IMG/VR virus record: IMGVR_UViG_3300009079_000001
Location: 1-56,758 of that record
DNA: 56,758 nt
Source of the DNA: a virus
Lineage: Duplodnaviria; Caudoviricetes
Strand: one strand, 5' to 3'
Position numbers and translations under genes: made by a program. Below, in pieces: positions 21,642 through 30,752 of the stretch. The notes below the pieces were generated by a model. That model saw only the letters and a list, made by a program, of their open reading frames with translations, ran no database searches and was not told where the DNA came from. The number at the start of each line of letters is the position of its first letter. The first letter of the stretch is position 1.

Positions 21642-22451
21642 CTACTTATATTTAACGCATTTCATCATAAGGATACCAGCAGGCAAGTTAAATGTATTAC
21701 CTGTTGCGCCTGTAGTTCCTGATTGTGAAGTGGATCTCTGATCTGGAGCACCACCATCATCAGTGTAGCCACCAATGGGTTGTTGTGCTGTAAAGGTGTG
21801 AGTGTGGCTTTTAACTTCACCAGTAGTTGTAAGACCTGCATAAACACCAGCACCGTTAAGTGTAGGTTGCCAACCTGGACACCAAGGCATACCAAATGTT
21901 GTAGAACCATTACCAGCACCCCATTGAGTACCTATTGCAGCAAACAACTTTGCATATGTAGTTCTTGATATATCAGTTGGTTGAAAAGGTAGTGTTAGAT
22001 AACCATCAGGAGCCACAGCACCAGCAAAGTCTATAACGCTTCCAATTGGTGTAGGCATAACTAAGCTGGCAATAAAAGCCCTAATCCAACTTGTGTTAAC
22101 TACTTTTGTACTATCATCACTTTGAGGTACTGTAGGAACAGTAGCTTGTGTTGTTACATTAAGTGTAGTTAGTGTAGCTGTACTATTACTTACATTAACA
22201 CCACTAATATTGCCACCAGAAATAGTTACGTTATTACTATTTTGAGTAGCAATAGTTCCTAATCCTAATGTATTTCTTTGTTCAGTGTTGTTGTTATCAT
22301 CTAGTATGGCTAGTCCAGCAGCAGTAACTACTGCATTGTTTCCTTTAACCTTTTTACCAGTAGTTCCGTCAAACAACACCATAGAGTTATCTGTGGATGA
22401 AGCAGGGCCGGTAACATCACCAGTAGATTGTAGTACAATAGGATCTGTCAT
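21642..22451 (-). CDS. Short tail fibre with tail collar domain
   Basis: PIGSVIDFAG...P.GYL...SRTTYAKLFAAIGT.WGAGNGSTTF; SHTH motif. Confidence 0.85.
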   Translation of the reverse strand: MTDPIVLQSTGDVTGPASSTDNSMVLFDGTTGKKVKGNNAVVTAAGLAILDDNNNTEQRNTLGLGTIATQNSNNVTISGGNISGVNVSNSTATLTTLNVTTQATVPTVPQSDDSTKVVNTSWIRAFIASLVMPTPIGSVIDFAGAVAPDGYLTLPFQPTDISRTTYAKLFAAIGTQWGAGNGSTTFGMPWCPGWQPTLNGAGVYAGLTTTGEVKSHTHTFTAQQPIGGYTDDGGAPDQRSTSQSGTTGATGNTFNLPAGILMMKCVKYK

Positions 22452-22460
22452 ATAACCTCC

Positions 22461-23876
22461 TTATGTGTTAGAGACTTGTCTGTCAGTAAGAGCCTTAGCC
22501 CATATCTTCAGAGAGTTGTAAGAGTTAGTTATTTGGTAGTCAGGATTTAATACAATCTGACCATCTGTTGGTAGATTTACTACAGCAGGAACACTTGCAT
22601 AAAGAAAACCTTGCACATATGTTCTTATAGTTGTTCCATCATATGTAACGCCAAACTTTAATGGAGTATTTACTACTAGGAAAGATGCTGGTAAAACTAC
22701 TATTGATTTTTGTACACCACCTTCTGAGTATAGATATATTACACCTTCGGCATTCCTATAAAACCCACTATTCTTTGTTCCAGATGGATAACGCAATAAC
22801 CAACCCCAAACACTTTGTGCAATACCAAGTTCACAATCTAATACTATTGTATAATTTTGAAAACCAGACAAATTATTTAGTGTAGGGTATCTTAAAGATT
22901 CTGAACTCAGGCTATCTAACTGTAATCCCTTAACGGATTGTCTAGGCTCATTAAGTCCAGCAGTTGCAGCTTTACCACTTTTATTTATATAGCCTCTGCC
23001 TGCTGGTGCAGTAAATACTACATCACCCATTCCATACTTAATATTAATACTATTTCTAAAGTCAACACCGAAGTCCATGAAAGGAGGTACAAATGTTGCT
23101 TCCACAGATTCCCTTAATGGTAGATAGTCTGCTTCTGATAATAGGTTAGTTGAAGCTCCAAGGTCATTGATAAATACAGCCTGAGAGGTAGCATCCAAAC
23201 CAATCTTAGCAACACCTTTTTGAATGAAAGTACCGCCAGTATCACTATTAATTTTTGCATTTAAGTTAGCAGCACCTACACCTGTAGCTGCGTTCAAATG
23301 ATTAACAAGTCCAGTATAAGAACCACCAGTTACAGGAACAGCACCAACTTGTGCTGCTGTAACTACATGAGGGTTAGCTCTGTTTGCAACGTGGTTATTA
23401 ATGTCTGTTTGAGGTACATTAACTTTGGCGTCTATTTCAGCTCTTGTGTAGGTATCAAGGATAGCACAAGTAAGCTGATGAGGATTAGACATATTAGCAG
23501 TATGACTATTCCAGCGATTAACTTCTGTATCATACTGTGCCCTTGTAATCTGTATTGAAGATCTTTCCCATTGTGTAGCATTATTGTTCGGAGTAAGTGT
23601 AGTAGATGGAGCATTTACTTTAGATACATAAATAAAACCATCAGCTTCATTCCAAACTGTTGCACCATTAACATAAGTAATATCACTTCCCCATTGAAAC
23701 TGACCACGTTCAGCTAGAGATAGTGTATTAGTATCATGTCTGTTGTTAATAAAGTTAAGCATCTGATAGATAGGGATCTCAGCAATCCAACCTAAGTTGT
23801 ACTTATCTGCTCCAGGATCTATATTTGGTGTTGCTGGTGCAGCAGCCCAAACTCTCCCTAAGACTTTTGTATCCAT
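22461..23876 (-). CDS. Tail fibre/baseplate-attached protein with LamG-like C-terminus
   Basis: H.AN..NPH.VTAAQVGA fibre repeats; GVTYDGTTIRTYV...IWAKALT. Confidence 0.75.
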   Translation of the reverse strand: MDTKVLGRVWAAAPATPNIDPGADKYNLGWIAEIPIYQMLNFINNRHDTNTLSLAERGQFQWGSDITYVNGATVWNEADGFIYVSKVNAPSTTLTPNNNATQWERSSIQITRAQYDTEVNRWNSHTANMSNPHQLTCAILDTYTRAEIDAKVNVPQTDINNHVANRANPHVVTAAQVGAVPVTGGSYTGLVNHLNAATGVGAANLNAKINSDTGGTFIQKGVAKIGLDATSQAVFINDLGASTNLLSEADYLPLRESVEATFVPPFMDFGVDFRNSINIKYGMGDVVFTAPAGRGYINKSGKAATAGLNEPRQSVKGLQLDSLSSESLRYPTLNNLSGFQNYTIVLDCELGIAQSVWGWLLRYPSGTKNSGFYRNAEGVIYLYSEGGVQKSIVVLPASFLVVNTPLKFGVTYDGTTIRTYVQGFLYASVPAVVNLPTDGQIVLNPDYQITNSYNSLKIWAKALTDRQVSNT

Positions 23877-23888
23877 AATTAATACCTC

Positions 23889-25142
23889 TTAAGTTTGTAT
23901 GTTGAGTTTCTGTCTAGGAGTTAACCTATTAATCCATACTTGGAAGTTACGGACATTGCCAGTGTTTCCAAAGTAGTAGGTTAGTGAGTCTGATAGCAAG
24001 TGCATATCCCTTACAAACAAAACATCATTGAGAACATAAGCTATAGTACATTGTGTAGCACCCAACATGTCTGGAATGTCTATGGTTATAGTAGTATTAG
24101 CATTTAATTTAAGACCTTTTAATTCAAATGCTGGTACGTTGGGCTGTGCTACTTGAGCGTTACCAGACCTATCTGTATAAGCTAATGTCCCACTTCTACT
24201 ATAAGTTATGTTGGCAGTAGAAGAAAGATCAAACTTTAGTGGTATTGATATATCTCTTACAGGTAATGTAAATAAACCATTATAAAGATTTCTAGCATCT
24301 ATATATGTGTCAGCAGACAGTAGCATTTGCCACTTACCACCTAGTCTATAATCCGAAGTACCTAAGCCAATACCACCATCATTATCTCTGGCAAGAATAA
24401 TCTTGTCAGAGTTGTACATAAGCTCACCTTGACTACCAACCTTGAAACCATTTAGGTAGTTAATTCTGCCAGTGAAATTGCCACCACCAAGTGCAGGAAG
24501 TGTACCAACACCTATAGCAGTTTCCACATGAGGGTTTGACTTATTGTTTACATGATTGTTAGTGGTAGTTACTATTGGAGATAGCAAACCATCTATTTGG
24601 CTTTTAGTATATCCACCTATTTGTGCAATAGTCTCACTATGTGCAAGTGGCGTACCAACATGAGTATTATGTTGGCTGAACATACCTTGTGTAATACCAT
24701 CATATGCAGCTTTGGTATATGCAAGAACAGGAGTCCAATCTTCATCAGCAAATGTTTCTGGCCCTTCTTGTTTAAGATAGTCCATGTATTCTGAGTAAAG
24801 AGTGTCAACACCATCTTCATGTATAATAGGATTGACAATATCAACCACACTAATAAACATCTGAGGTACACCATTATATATAGCAATGGCACCAAACTGA
24901 TAGTTAACTGTAGATTGATATAGCTCCCAACCATTCTGTAGCTTCTGAAGTTCTATATCTTCAAACCTTTTGAGTATATAGTTTTCCCACTCTTGAGGTT
25001 CAGTTTCTGCTTCCCACCCTTTCAAATACTTACCTGGGCCACCTTCACCACTAGGATGATCTACATCATCATCAGGGTCTACTACTTGTGAGAAAGAGTC
25101 GGTGGCCCAATTGTAATTAAGTCTACTATATCTTGTGGCCAT
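23889..25142 (-). CDS. Tail fibre-related protein, paralogous architecture to 22461-23876
   Basis: KY..GW.AE.., HVNNKSNPH, Y.DRSG......N.P shared with neighbour. Confidence 0.75.
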   Translation of the reverse strand: MATRYSRLNYNWATDSFSQVVDPDDDVDHPSGEGGPGKYLKGWEAETEPQEWENYILKRFEDIELQKLQNGWELYQSTVNYQFGAIAIYNGVPQMFISVVDIVNPIIHEDGVDTLYSEYMDYLKQEGPETFADEDWTPVLAYTKAAYDGITQGMFSQHNTHVGTPLAHSETIAQIGGYTKSQIDGLLSPIVTTTNNHVNNKSNPHVETAIGVGTLPALGGGNFTGRINYLNGFKVGSQGELMYNSDKIILARDNDGGIGLGTSDYRLGGKWQMLLSADTYIDARNLYNGLFTLPVRDISIPLKFDLSSTANITYSRSGTLAYTDRSGNAQVAQPNVPAFELKGLKLNANTTITIDIPDMLGATQCTIAYVLNDVLFVRDMHLLSDSLTYYFGNTGNVRNFQVWINRLTPRQKLNIQT

Positions 25143-25836
25143 ACAACCTCCCTACTTTAAGTAAACTCTCATTAGTATATGGTGTAGTATCAATGATACC
25201 ACGGTTGTCTTGTACTACGAACTTTACACCAGTAGGTCTTACCATGTTCATAGTCAGACCAATACCTACACGCTGCAATTGTCCCAAGTTTTCATGGATA
25301 GTAATTAATGCATTGTTAGGTGAAGGCTCTGTTATCTCTGTATCACACTGCATACCAACGACATAATCTATAAAGTTAAGTACGTGTTCAATTCTACAAT
25401 TGGTGCTATTTTGGATAATTTTTGCATATATAATGTTACGATAACTTGAGTCATCTAGTATCAAATCATTACTGTCTAGTTGTCCTCTGCCCTTATATAC
25501 ACCACCTAAAGTTCTATCATAGTAAGAGCCAATAGAAGGAACTTTAGATTCAGGATCATCATAGAAACCAAAGTAACCAATAGGTGAAGCACCATAGAAG
25601 ATACGACCTATACCTACAATCTCTCCAATAATATCTAGTTGATAACCATAAGCATCTGCTAAGTATCTATAGTTAATAGTATCTTCAATAGCTTTAACTA
25701 ATATATCTATTTCACCCACAAAAGCTTTAATGTAGTTTTGTAGGTTTGGAGAATCTTTGTATTGCCATATGAGTATATCTACAACTTTTTCTGTTGGTAC
25801 GATAAACTCTACTGTTTTGCTTGGTTTAAGAGCCAC
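25126..25836 (-). CDS. Baseplate wedge protein (DUF2612-like)
   Basis: QY.DSPNL, A.G.QLDIIGEIVG..R, L.D..YR..I.AKI..N, RPTGV. Confidence 0.85.
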   Translation of the reverse strand: MALKPSKTVEFIVPTEKVVDILIWQYKDSPNLQNYIKAFVGEIDILVKAIEDTINYRYLADAYGYQLDIIGEIVGIGRIFYGASPIGYFGFYDDPESKVPSIGSYYDRTLGGVYKGRGQLDSNDLILDDSSYRNIIYAKIIQNSTNCRIEHVLNFIDYVVGMQCDTEITEPSPNNALITIHENLGQLQRVGIGLTMNMVRPTGVKFVVQDNRGIIDTTPYTNESLLKVGRLYGHKI

Positions 25837-26962
25837 TTACCACCACCTTGCTAGTATCTGTCCTAGCTCGTTGCTGTACAGTTATTGGCAAGTCAGCTGT
25901 ACCCATAGTGCCAGATGCAGTAAACTTAATAGTAATACTCGTTACTGATACATTAGGTGTAGCTTCAAGAACCACGTTAAACAGTTTAGACCAAACAACA
26001 TCATCAGATATTTGCAAGTTGTTTATATACTCTACAAGTGCATTCTGTGCAAGACTTTCACTATCAAGTGAAGCACCTTGCAGCTTCTTAATCACAACAG
26101 CAATATCAATATCAATAGGTACTGGCCTGCTAATACCAATAGGGTGAGGATAGCCTCTAGTGTCATATACTTGAGTAACAATATCACCAAAAGCTTGACA
26201 ACCAATTGGTTTGTTATCGTAAATAGCCTTAGAGATTTCCTCTGGAGTACCACCCTCTACAATAGTTAAGAAGCTGTGAGCAGGTATACCATTAACAGGA
26301 ACATTTTCATAGTTCTCAATAATAGCAATATAGGGAAGTCTCAATCTAATAACTGCTGCATATATAGCATCAATAGAAGATGTACCAGCGTTAACTACTA
26401 AAGATTCCCTTCTGGCTCTTAGTGCTGGATCTTCTTCTGAGATAATACCAGTGATTCCAGGCTCTAGGTTAGTTGCAGAAGATAAGCCTGCAATAACATC
26501 TGTAATGGTATTTACTTCGTTAGCTGCAATGTATATAGCTCCAGGTGTTGTACACTCAGCAGTTACTACTTCTGGTATTACAGCATCAGCTATAGTAGCA
26601 AACTCCAAATCATCAGAAGTTTTAATTATATATCCTTTTGGTATCAGTGTGCCGTTCGATCCATTGAAAGTAATAGCAACTGTTGTTGGCTGGTTACTAA
26701 TCCTAGTTACACCATTCAGTTCACATAGTTTATCTAGTCCTACACCAAAAGAACTGGAAGGACTATAGGCATTGTAAGCAGCCTCAGCTTGTTGCCACAT
26801 AGTTGCAAGCAAGTTTGATATAACACCAATTACTTGACCATCAGCACTTTCAGGTGATGTATCAAATCCTGTACCAAATTTTGCAACCATGCTGCTATTA
26901 ATATCGTTTGTAATCTCTACTAGGCTTCTAGGTATGAAGCCTTCATTCGTAACTCCAGCCAT
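25826..26962 (-). CDS. Baseplate J-like wedge protein
   Basis: G..LD.L....G..R, E.D..LR.R, IPAHS....VEGG. Confidence 0.88.
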   Translation of the reverse strand: MAGVTNEGFIPRSLVEITNDINSSMVAKFGTGFDTSPESADGQVIGVISNLLATMWQQAEAAYNAYSPSSSFGVGLDKLCELNGVTRISNQPTTVAITFNGSNGTLIPKGYIIKTSDDLEFATIADAVIPEVVTAECTTPGAIYIAANEVNTITDVIAGLSSATNLEPGITGIISEEDPALRARRESLVVNAGTSSIDAIYAAVIRLRLPYIAIIENYENVPVNGIPAHSFLTIVEGGTPEEISKAIYDNKPIGCQAFGDIVTQVYDTRGYPHPIGISRPVPIDIDIAVVIKKLQGASLDSESLAQNALVEYINNLQISDDVVWSKLFNVVLEATPNVSVTSITIKFTASGTMGTADLPITVQQRARTDTSKVVVSGS

Positions 26963-26963
26963 A

Positions 26964-27326
26964 TTAGCCTCCTACTGTTATATTGTTTGAGAACTCTCCC
27001 CAATCTGATTGGGCAACAAATGTGATTGTAAGTATCCTAGTATCTTTATTCAAACTAAGTTCAATATTTAATACATCCTGAACATGATCTACTTTTCTGA
27101 TCTCATCTGTTACCAGAGCTTGTATTAAGGATATGTCTGGAGCTTTAGTGAATACACTATCAAACCAAGGCATACCAAGCTCAGGATTAGGAGGCCACTC
27201 ACCAAGAATAGTTTGTAGTCTGTTCCTAACTAGCTGTGCTGTTAGTGCTAAACCCTCTACTCTCTCTGCACCTCTGCCTACTATAATGTCCCAAGTAAAG
27301 GGATCTAGTTGTAAATTTCCTGCCAT
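26964..27326 (-). CDS. Baseplate wedge / sheath initiator (gp25-like)
   Basis: RLQTILGEW......GMPW; position between spike and J. Confidence 0.75.
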   Translation of the reverse strand: MAGNLQLDPFTWDIIVGRGAERVEGLALTAQLVRNRLQTILGEWPPNPELGMPWFDSVFTKAPDISLIQALVTDEIRKVDHVQDVLNIELSLNKDTRILTITFVAQSDWGEFSNNITVGG

Positions 27327-27336
27327 ATATTACTCC

Positions 27337-28020
27337 TTAAGCATCAGGTATTGGCCCATGGTTGTGAGTATGAGTGGACAGGTTAACAGTCTTAGCTGTA
27401 ACTTCAGTGTTAGACTTTATAGTTCCCGTCACCAGAAGCTCACCAGTTATTTTGACATTACCTGTGATGTTTGTATTTGGAGCGGTAACTTCTACAAGAC
27501 TGTTAGCAACTACTTTTACAGTAGGTGTAGTCAAATCAAGTTCCACTTGAGATAGAACTTCTATTACACCATTTGGCTTAAGTGTTATACGTTGACCTCT
27601 ATCTACATTTCTTAATTCTACATCTGTAGGGCTAAAATTAGGTATTGCTTTAGCTACTGGATTAAAACCAACTATACATAAGGTGTCATCTATATCATGA
27701 TCCTTAAAATATGCAGGTTTAGGTATACCAGAACTATACTTACCTATCTCATCAGAATTGTTATACAACCAATGCTCATAACCTTTCTGGCTGAATATAA
27801 CTAAACAACTGTCGCCAACAGCTATAGGGAAAGTAATACTGTAACTACCACACTGAGGGAAGTGTACAGGAACGTCAGTAAGTATTGGATATTGTATAGT
27901 TTCATAAAGAGTGCCAATACCATTATAAAACCTTTCCATAGCTAACTTAACTGTAGCTAATTGTGTCACAGGATCAAATGAAGTAATGGTTCCAGGATAT
28001 GCAGTATTTGAATTACTCAT
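27337..28020 (-). CDS. Baseplate central spike (gp138/gpV-like)
   Basis: PG.I.SFD, DVPV.FP, P...GD.CLVIF OB-fold; beta-repeats; HTH.H metal-binding tip. Confidence 0.88.
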   Translation of the reverse strand: MSNSNTAYPGTITSFDPVTQLATVKLAMERFYNGIGTLYETIQYPILTDVPVHFPQCGSYSITFPIAVGDSCLVIFSQKGYEHWLYNNSDEIGKYSSGIPKPAYFKDHDIDDTLCIVGFNPVAKAIPNFSPTDVELRNVDRGQRITLKPNGVIEVLSQVELDLTTPTVKVVANSLVEVTAPNTNITGNVKITGELLVTGTIKSNTEVTAKTVNLSTHTHNHGPIPDA

Positions 28021-28352
28021 ACATTCACCAATATATTACTGTCATCTATTACCTGAGATAAGTCTCCAGGTTCTATAATAAATAACCTAATACCGCTAAA
28101 CTTAATTGGATCTAATTCTGCATCAGCAGCGTTTACAACATAGATATTAAATGGTATTCCATACTGTCCCAGTATGTTAACTCCACCTCTAATACATAAA
28201 CCTTTAATTGATACATCATTATATCTAAAGTCGCATATCCAACAGAAGGTGAATATATTCCACCTCATTGCTGACATATATACTGTACCACCTTTATAAT
28301 CAAAAGTGTTACCATAGCCTCTTTCAACTCTAATTCTCTTAGCCATTAGCAT
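28017..28352 (-). CDS. Baseplate-associated protein
   Basis: RWN.....W..D pattern, synteny. Confidence 0.6.
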   Translation of the reverse strand: MLMAKRIRVERGYGNTFDYKGGTVYMSAMRWNIFTFCWICDFRYNDVSIKGLCIRGGVNILGQYGIPFNIYVVNAADAELDPIKFSGIRLFIIEPGDLSQVIDDSNILVNV

Positions 28353-29196
28353 CTACTCCTGTAGCTACCTGTAAGATATTAACTCCCTGTTTAGTAAGCA
28401 TACCGAACATGTTGTCCAGCCATGAACCTGTAGTATCATTCTTTACAGCTTCGAGAGCCTTAGAAAGTTCAGGGCTTATATAACCTGCTATGCCACCCTC
28501 TACCATGTACAACTTTTCAAATGATAAGCTAACAGGTAGCACACTGGAGTTAGAAACGTTCTGAGTAATTGAGGCACTTCTTATAACACTGTTCTCATAT
28601 GTACCAAGAATAGTAGATACATGAACAATAGTACCTTGCATTACAAGTTCCTTTATAAGTTCAAACGCATCTTTTGTAGGACTACTATCTTTGTACATAA
28701 GGTTATCAACAACATTACCGGCACTGCCCAGCAAACTTCCAAGTACAGGACTTCCTCCACGAGCAAGCATACTGCCAGCAACTTTACCTACAGTACCTAC
28801 GGATACAATATCAACAGGCATAGCAACATCTGTAACCCAACCATTCAAATTGAATTGTGGATTCTTTCTTATAGTGTGTTCGCTAACAATAAAACCATTA
28901 CTAATTGGATAACCAGTTACTTCATTAGAGAAGTTATGACTTTCAGATAGTACAACATCTAATGACATAGACTTCCAAATAGTTGTGTCTAATTCTTCAG
29001 GTTCATTTTTGGCAGCTTCTTCCTCCCCAAATATGGTGCCTTTAATTGCACTAACACCTTTGTCTAGTTTATCACCTATCCATTCTTGAGCTTCATTTAC
29101 ATAGCCCTGTGCTTGCTGTAAAAGATTCTTTTCTGGTTCAGTCTCTTTCTTACTCTTCTCCGTACTCCAGAAGATTATTGATTTAGTAAATGCCAT
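28339..29196 (-). CDS. Baseplate hub / tube initiator (Dit-like) protein
   Basis: D....ESH......T.YPI..G..VSEH....P motif. Confidence 0.7.
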   Translation of the reverse strand: MAFTKSIIFWSTEKSKKETEPEKNLLQQAQGYVNEAQEWIGDKLDKGVSAIKGTIFGEEEAAKNEPEELDTTIWKSMSLDVVLSESHNFSNEVTGYPISNGFIVSEHTIRKNPQFNLNGWVTDVAMPVDIVSVGTVGKVAGSMLARGGSPVLGSLLGSAGNVVDNLMYKDSSPTKDAFELIKELVMQGTIVHVSTILGTYENSVIRSASITQNVSNSSVLPVSLSFEKLYMVEGGIAGYISPELSKALEAVKNDTTGSWLDNMFGMLTKQGVNILQVATGVDANG

Positions 29197-29207
29197 AATT
29201 AATCTCC

Positions 29208-30743
29208 TTAATCATTATGCAGTTGATTAGCCATAGCTAAATAGTTTAGTGAATGTTCACCAACTCCTTTCCCTTCATACTTGCCGTGGTTTACTATGTT
29301 ATCTGACAACTCATTACCAGCAATATAGTTTCCATAGAATGCTTCAGGAGTAAACTTATCTCCATACCTTGACTTAATTTGCTCAATGTATTTCTTAACA
29401 CCTTGCACACTTTGTCTAAAGTTTGTTCTATCTTTTACACCTAAATTGCTGGCTGTATCTGGCATAAACTGGAAAGGCCCAACTGCTCCTGCTGGAGATA
29501 CAGCATTCATTTGTACTTCATTGTGCCCTCTATTTTCTATTTGAGCTACAGTCATTATCATTTCTTTAACATCTTCTCTTCCACCAGATGCTTCTTCTAT
29601 AACTCTCATTTGGTCATCATTAAACTTAACCATTTTTGCAGCTTTAACACCTTTATCTACATTACGATAAGTATCACCAGTTGGATTTCCTGGGAAACTA
29701 GCCTGTAGCTTACCATTAGCATTAAAGATTATCTGAGGGTCACTAGGACGATAGCCACCTTTAACACCACTAGCATTCTGTGCTGCTGCACTTCCTGTAG
29801 TAACATACTCATTAAATACAGTACCAGTTATGTTTGTTTCCCAAGTGTTAGTATAGTTGCTACCTGTATGCGACACGTATCTTATCTGGTATCTTTCATA
29901 AATCATATAACCAAAAGCTTTAGGGTCACGTATTAATATTGATTCATCACCAATACCGAATACGTTATATTCCTGTGTACCACCATCACCAATTTCCATT
30001 AGGAAAGTATAGTCAAGAATATCTCCAGCCTTAATAGCACCATCGAGATTCAGTTTAATATTCGTTGATGCTACTGTAAGTTGTGGTGTCCCTTTAATCA
30101 TCCAAGGTTCTACTGTATGAACTTTAGCTTCACCACTAGCAATTTGATCTACAACAGTTCTAGAATTAACATCACTAATAATTTTTACATAAGAGTCTGT
30201 GAGTTGATAGTTAAAGCCTAGCTGCCTGCCAAGGCGTATCAACTCACTAGACATAGTTCCTTCTATAGTATATGTATTCCTGACCTCACTAAGTACATCT
30301 TTGTTCATTCCAATATATACTGTAGAGTTAGGTATGAAGCCACCTTTACTTACGATAGCTTCAATTATCTCCTTATTAGTATATCCTACAAATGTACCTG
30401 TAAGTAGTAGTGGCTTAATAGGTACATAAGCCGAACGGGGAATACACCACATAGTAGTAACATGGTTAGGAAGTTCTTTCCGTCCCCATGTATTAGTAAT
30501 GAAACCTTCCATAAGAACATCCATCTTTCCATCTTCGTAACCAGCACTTAGGATGAATGTCTTATCTTTAATAGTGTACAACGACTGGACGAACTCAGGA
30601 CTAAGGTTATAAACATCAATCTTAAGTTCGTCAGCATTCCAGCCTATCTGACTTTGCAGAATAAAATCTATTCTGTTTAAGGTGATAAGCTGTATGGTTT
30701 GATCTTTAGCTTTTACTTCTAATACAATCTTTCTCTTCCACAT
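29208..30743 (-). CDS. Baseplate hub protein with C-terminal lytic transglycosylase (SLT) domain
   Basis: VYNLS, L.AGYE hub motifs; AQIEN...AVSPAGAVGPFQFMPDTA...Y.AG. Confidence 0.85.
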   Translation of the reverse strand: MWKRKIVLEVKAKDQTIQLITLNRIDFILQSQIGWNADELKIDVYNLSPEFVQSLYTIKDKTFILSAGYEDGKMDVLMEGFITNTWGRKELPNHVTTMWCIPRSAYVPIKPLLLTGTFVGYTNKEIIEAIVSKGGFIPNSTVYIGMNKDVLSEVRNTYTIEGTMSSELIRLGRQLGFNYQLTDSYVKIISDVNSRTVVDQIASGEAKVHTVEPWMIKGTPQLTVASTNIKLNLDGAIKAGDILDYTFLMEIGDGGTQEYNVFGIGDESILIRDPKAFGYMIYERYQIRYVSHTGSNYTNTWETNITGTVFNEYVTTGSAAAQNASGVKGGYRPSDPQIIFNANGKLQASFPGNPTGDTYRNVDKGVKAAKMVKFNDDQMRVIEEASGGREDVKEMIMTVAQIENRGHNEVQMNAVSPAGAVGPFQFMPDTASNLGVKDRTNFRQSVQGVKKYIEQIKSRYGDKFTPEAFYGNYIAGNELSDNIVNHGKYEGKGVGEHSLNYLAMANQLHND

Positions 30744-30752
30744 AGTACCTCC